Source: an uncultured Chloroflexia bacterium
GTDB taxonomy: Bacteria; Chloroflexota; Limnocylindria; Limnocylindrales; CSP1-4
DNA: 64,000 nt
NCBI GenBank assembly: GCA_963712745.1
Contig: CAVQJC010000007.1
Coordinates: forward strand, 1-64,000
Direction: 5' to 3'
The position numbers and the translations under genes are program-made. Shown one piece after another: positions 61,863 through 64,000 of this stretch (within the stretch, counting starts at the first letter, position 1; every line of letters starts with the position of its first letter). Below the pieces are notes generated by a model, which made no database searches, had not been told where the DNA came from, and saw nothing but the letters and a program-made list of their open reading frames with translations.

Positions 61863-62277
61863 GTGGAAGAGGAGCTCGAGGGCGTCCCGCAGCTCGATCG
61901 CCAGGAGCGATCGGTGCCGGTGGATGTGCACGGCCGTCCACTGGTGCCCCAGCGCGTGCCCGAGCTGGCGCCGACGCCGCTGCAGTCGAGCTTCATCTAC
62001 CTCTCCATCGTGGTCCTCGTCTGCGGCGTCATCGCCATCGGCGCACTCGAGCTGGGCACGCCGATGTCGTCGCTGTGGGTCAAGATCCCCGTGCTCCTGG
62101 GCGGCGCAGTGCTGCTGGCGGTCACGGCCGATGCACTCGTGCGCGTCTGGCGCTCGGTCGGCGCATGGTGGGACGTCGACCGTGGCCGGGCTCTCTTCCG
62201 CGTGGTGTGGGCCGCCGTGCTGGCCGCCTCGCTCCTGGTCATCGGCGCGATCATCATCGACCGTGCTGGCGGCCTAG
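61863..62277 (+). CDS. Hypothetical 3-TM membrane protein (apparent +1 insertion near 62259)
   Basis: Removing one base restores ...IGAIIITVLAA* with TAG at 62275-62277. Confidence 0.6.
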
Positions 62278-62281
62278 ACCG

Positions 62282-62903
62282 ATGGCCAGGCTCGACGATC
62301 CCGCAGCCCGCCACCCGGTCCGCGGGTTCGCCCGGGGTGCACCCGAGTGGATGGCGCCCTTCCTGCACAACTGCTCGCGTTGCGGTGGTCGCCTGGCCTA
62401 CGGGCCTGCTGCCCGGTGAGGACCGTGAGCGCTACCACTGCACCGACTGCAGCTACGTCACCTACGTCAACCCGCGCCTGGTGGCAACCTGCCTGCCGGT
62501 CACCGACGAGGGCAGGGTCGTGCTCATCCGCCGGGCCATCCCGCCGGGGGTGGGGACGTGGGCACAACCGGGCGGGTTCCTGGAGGCAGACGAGACGGTC
62601 ATCCAGGGCGCCGTGCGCGAGACGTTCGAGGAGACGCGCCTGGTCGTGGAGCCGACCGGCATCGTGGGTGTCTACCCGCAGCCCCGCGCGTCGGTAGTGG
62701 TGATCGTGTACACCGCAGCCATCGTCGGCGGCGAGATGCAGGCGACCCCGGAGGCGCTGGAGGTCCGCGCGTTCGAGGTCGACGACATCCCCTGGGACGG
62801 CCTCGCCTTCAACACCTCACTGTGGGCGGTCCGCGATTGGGTCCGCTCAGTGCGACCGGATATCGACGTCGACGCCATGGGCAGCGAGCATCTCGACTTC
62901 TAG
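62282..62903 (+). CDS. Zinc-ribbon NUDIX hydrolase (apparent +1 insertion near 62404)
   Basis: CSRCG...CTDC zinc ribbon, YVNPRLV, Nudix box GGFLEADETVIQGAVRETFEET. Confidence 0.8.
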
Positions 62904-62994
62904 CCTCGATCGACAGCTGGCCCGCCCCCCGGGTCGTGGAGCGGCGGGCCGCTCCCTGGATGATGGCCAGGCTCCCCGGGATGGTGCCCGTCTC

Positions 62995-63390
62995 CTAGAT
63001 GGTGGCCAGGTTGGAGGCAGCGCCAAGGCCGCCGATGAGGATGCCGAACACCAGCACCGTCGCCGCCACGCGCGGGCGGGAGCGGCTGACGATGAGGAAG
63101 GTGGCGGCCACCAGCAGCACCGTCGCGAACTTGGCGATGGTCAGCAGGGCCAGGCCCCAGTCCTCCACGATGGTGGCCACCAGAGGGTTCAGCTCCGAGT
63201 CGAGGCCGTGGCGCGCGACCATCACCACGAAGGTGGTGTAGTCCGCGATGTGGGCCATGATGAGGATGGCGATGCCGGCAGCCGACAAATCTGTCCCTCC
63301 GCGCCCCTGGGGGCTGCGTTTCGCTCGCGACACGGGACCGGGCTCGCCACTGCTCAGCGTGATCCGGCTCGGCGACCGTCGGTGGATCAC
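62995..63390 (-). CDS. Small membrane protein (DUF5658-like)
   Basis: IADYTTF...ELNPLV motif, three TM segments; start uncertain. Confidence 0.6.
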   Translation of the reverse strand: MIHRRSPSRITLSSGEPGPVSRAKRSPQGRGGTDLSAAGIAILIMAHIADYTTFVVMVARHGLDSELNPLVATIVEDWGLALLTIAKFATVLLVAATFLIVSRSRPRVAATVLVFGILIGGLGAASNLATI

Positions 63391-63576
63391 GCGTCTTCGC
63401 TTCCCGTCTTGGACTAGGCTCGGATGCTCGCTTCCGAGTCTATCGAGAAGCCATCAAGGATTCGTGACGGACGACTACATCAGAGCGCAGCGGACCGCAC
63501 TTTGTGGTGCGTGCGGTCACCAACCCCTCGTGCTGCCCATCGGGCCGTGCCGCTGGCCCTGCCGGCGCTTGCCGTG

Positions 63577-63636
63577 GCCGTCAGCCGCTCGGCCTGGCCG
63601 TCAGGCGCTCGCTGTAGCCGTCAGCCGCTCGGCCTG
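63577..63636. repeat. Three 20-bp tandem repeats
   Basis: GCCGTCAGCCGCTCGGCCTG / GCCGTCAGGCGCTCGCTGTA / GCCGTCAGCCGCTCGGCCTG. Confidence 0.8.
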
Positions 63637-64000
63637 TCGCCCTCCCAGGCGGCGTCCCGCAGGACCCGGCCGAGCAGGTCGGCGGCGTCCTCGAGCTGCG
63701 TCCGCTCTACGCGCTCGAGATCGGAGATCGTCTCCGCCAGCGGCGCGATCTGGCGTGCCCGGCCGAGCTCCAGTTGCTCTATGCCCTTGGGCGTGGCCCG
63801 CAGCACGATCGAGCGTCCGTCGTCGGGGTTCTTCTCACGTTCCACGAGCCCGTCGGCCTCCATGGCATGGATGAGGCGGGTCATGGTGGGCGGCCGGACG
63901 TGCTCGGCGGCAGCCAGGTCACCGAGCGTGCGCGGTCCGCCAAGCACCAACAGTGTCAGCGCCGACAACCGTGCCCGCGTCAGGCCCTCACCCGCGTCGA
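63621..64000 (-). CDS. MarR-family regulator (start outside the window)
   Basis: GLTRARLSAL, LGDLAAAEHVRPPTMTRL, DDGRS wing. Confidence 0.88.
   Translation of the reverse strand, partial: DAGEGLTRARLSALTLLVLGGPRTLGDLAAAEHVRPPTMTRLIHAMEADGLVEREKNPDDGRSIVLRATPKGIEQLELGRARQIAPLAETISDLERVERTQLEDAADLLGRVLRDAAWEGDRPSG

Noticed and set aside
61863-62903. Novel membrane-NUDIX fusion protein of 346 aa
   Set aside because: Explained by two +1 insertions joining two separate genes; the linker is out-of-frame sequence.
63577-63636. 20-bp repeat-spacer-repeat pattern
   Set aside because: The middle unit is a degenerate copy of the repeat; simple slippage at the MarR 3' end.

Overview
High-GC (about 70%) bacterial chromosomal DNA. 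Gene style and content suggest Chloroflexota, possibly Limnocylindria-like; this is an inference. The window is mostly housekeeping and transport: fumC, ltaE, pfkA, a frameshifted icd, kamA, lhgO, sugar and nucleoside ABC importers, an ECF transporter, a heterodimeric ABC exporter, tRNA-Arg(CCG) and tRNA-Asp(GTC). It also holds three Flp pilins, two tandem sulfotransferases, an MBOAT/SGNH pair and several decayed gene remnants. I found no CRISPR array, transposase, integrase or phage genes. The most notable locus is a sulfur-trafficking operon at 33984-40581. An Rrf2/IscR-like regulator with its palindromic operator precedes sufC-sufS-sufU (no sufB/sufD), then a hidden 25-aa Met/Cys-containing ORF inside attenuator-like hairpins, then rhodanese-MoeB, a ubiquitin-like sulfur carrier ending GG-R, CysM and a JAMM peptidase. 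Second is a promoter-to-terminator, multi-hairpin ncRNA candidate with a G-rich core at about 5500-5666. Also notable are a divergent HisA paralog and widespread leaderless gene starts.
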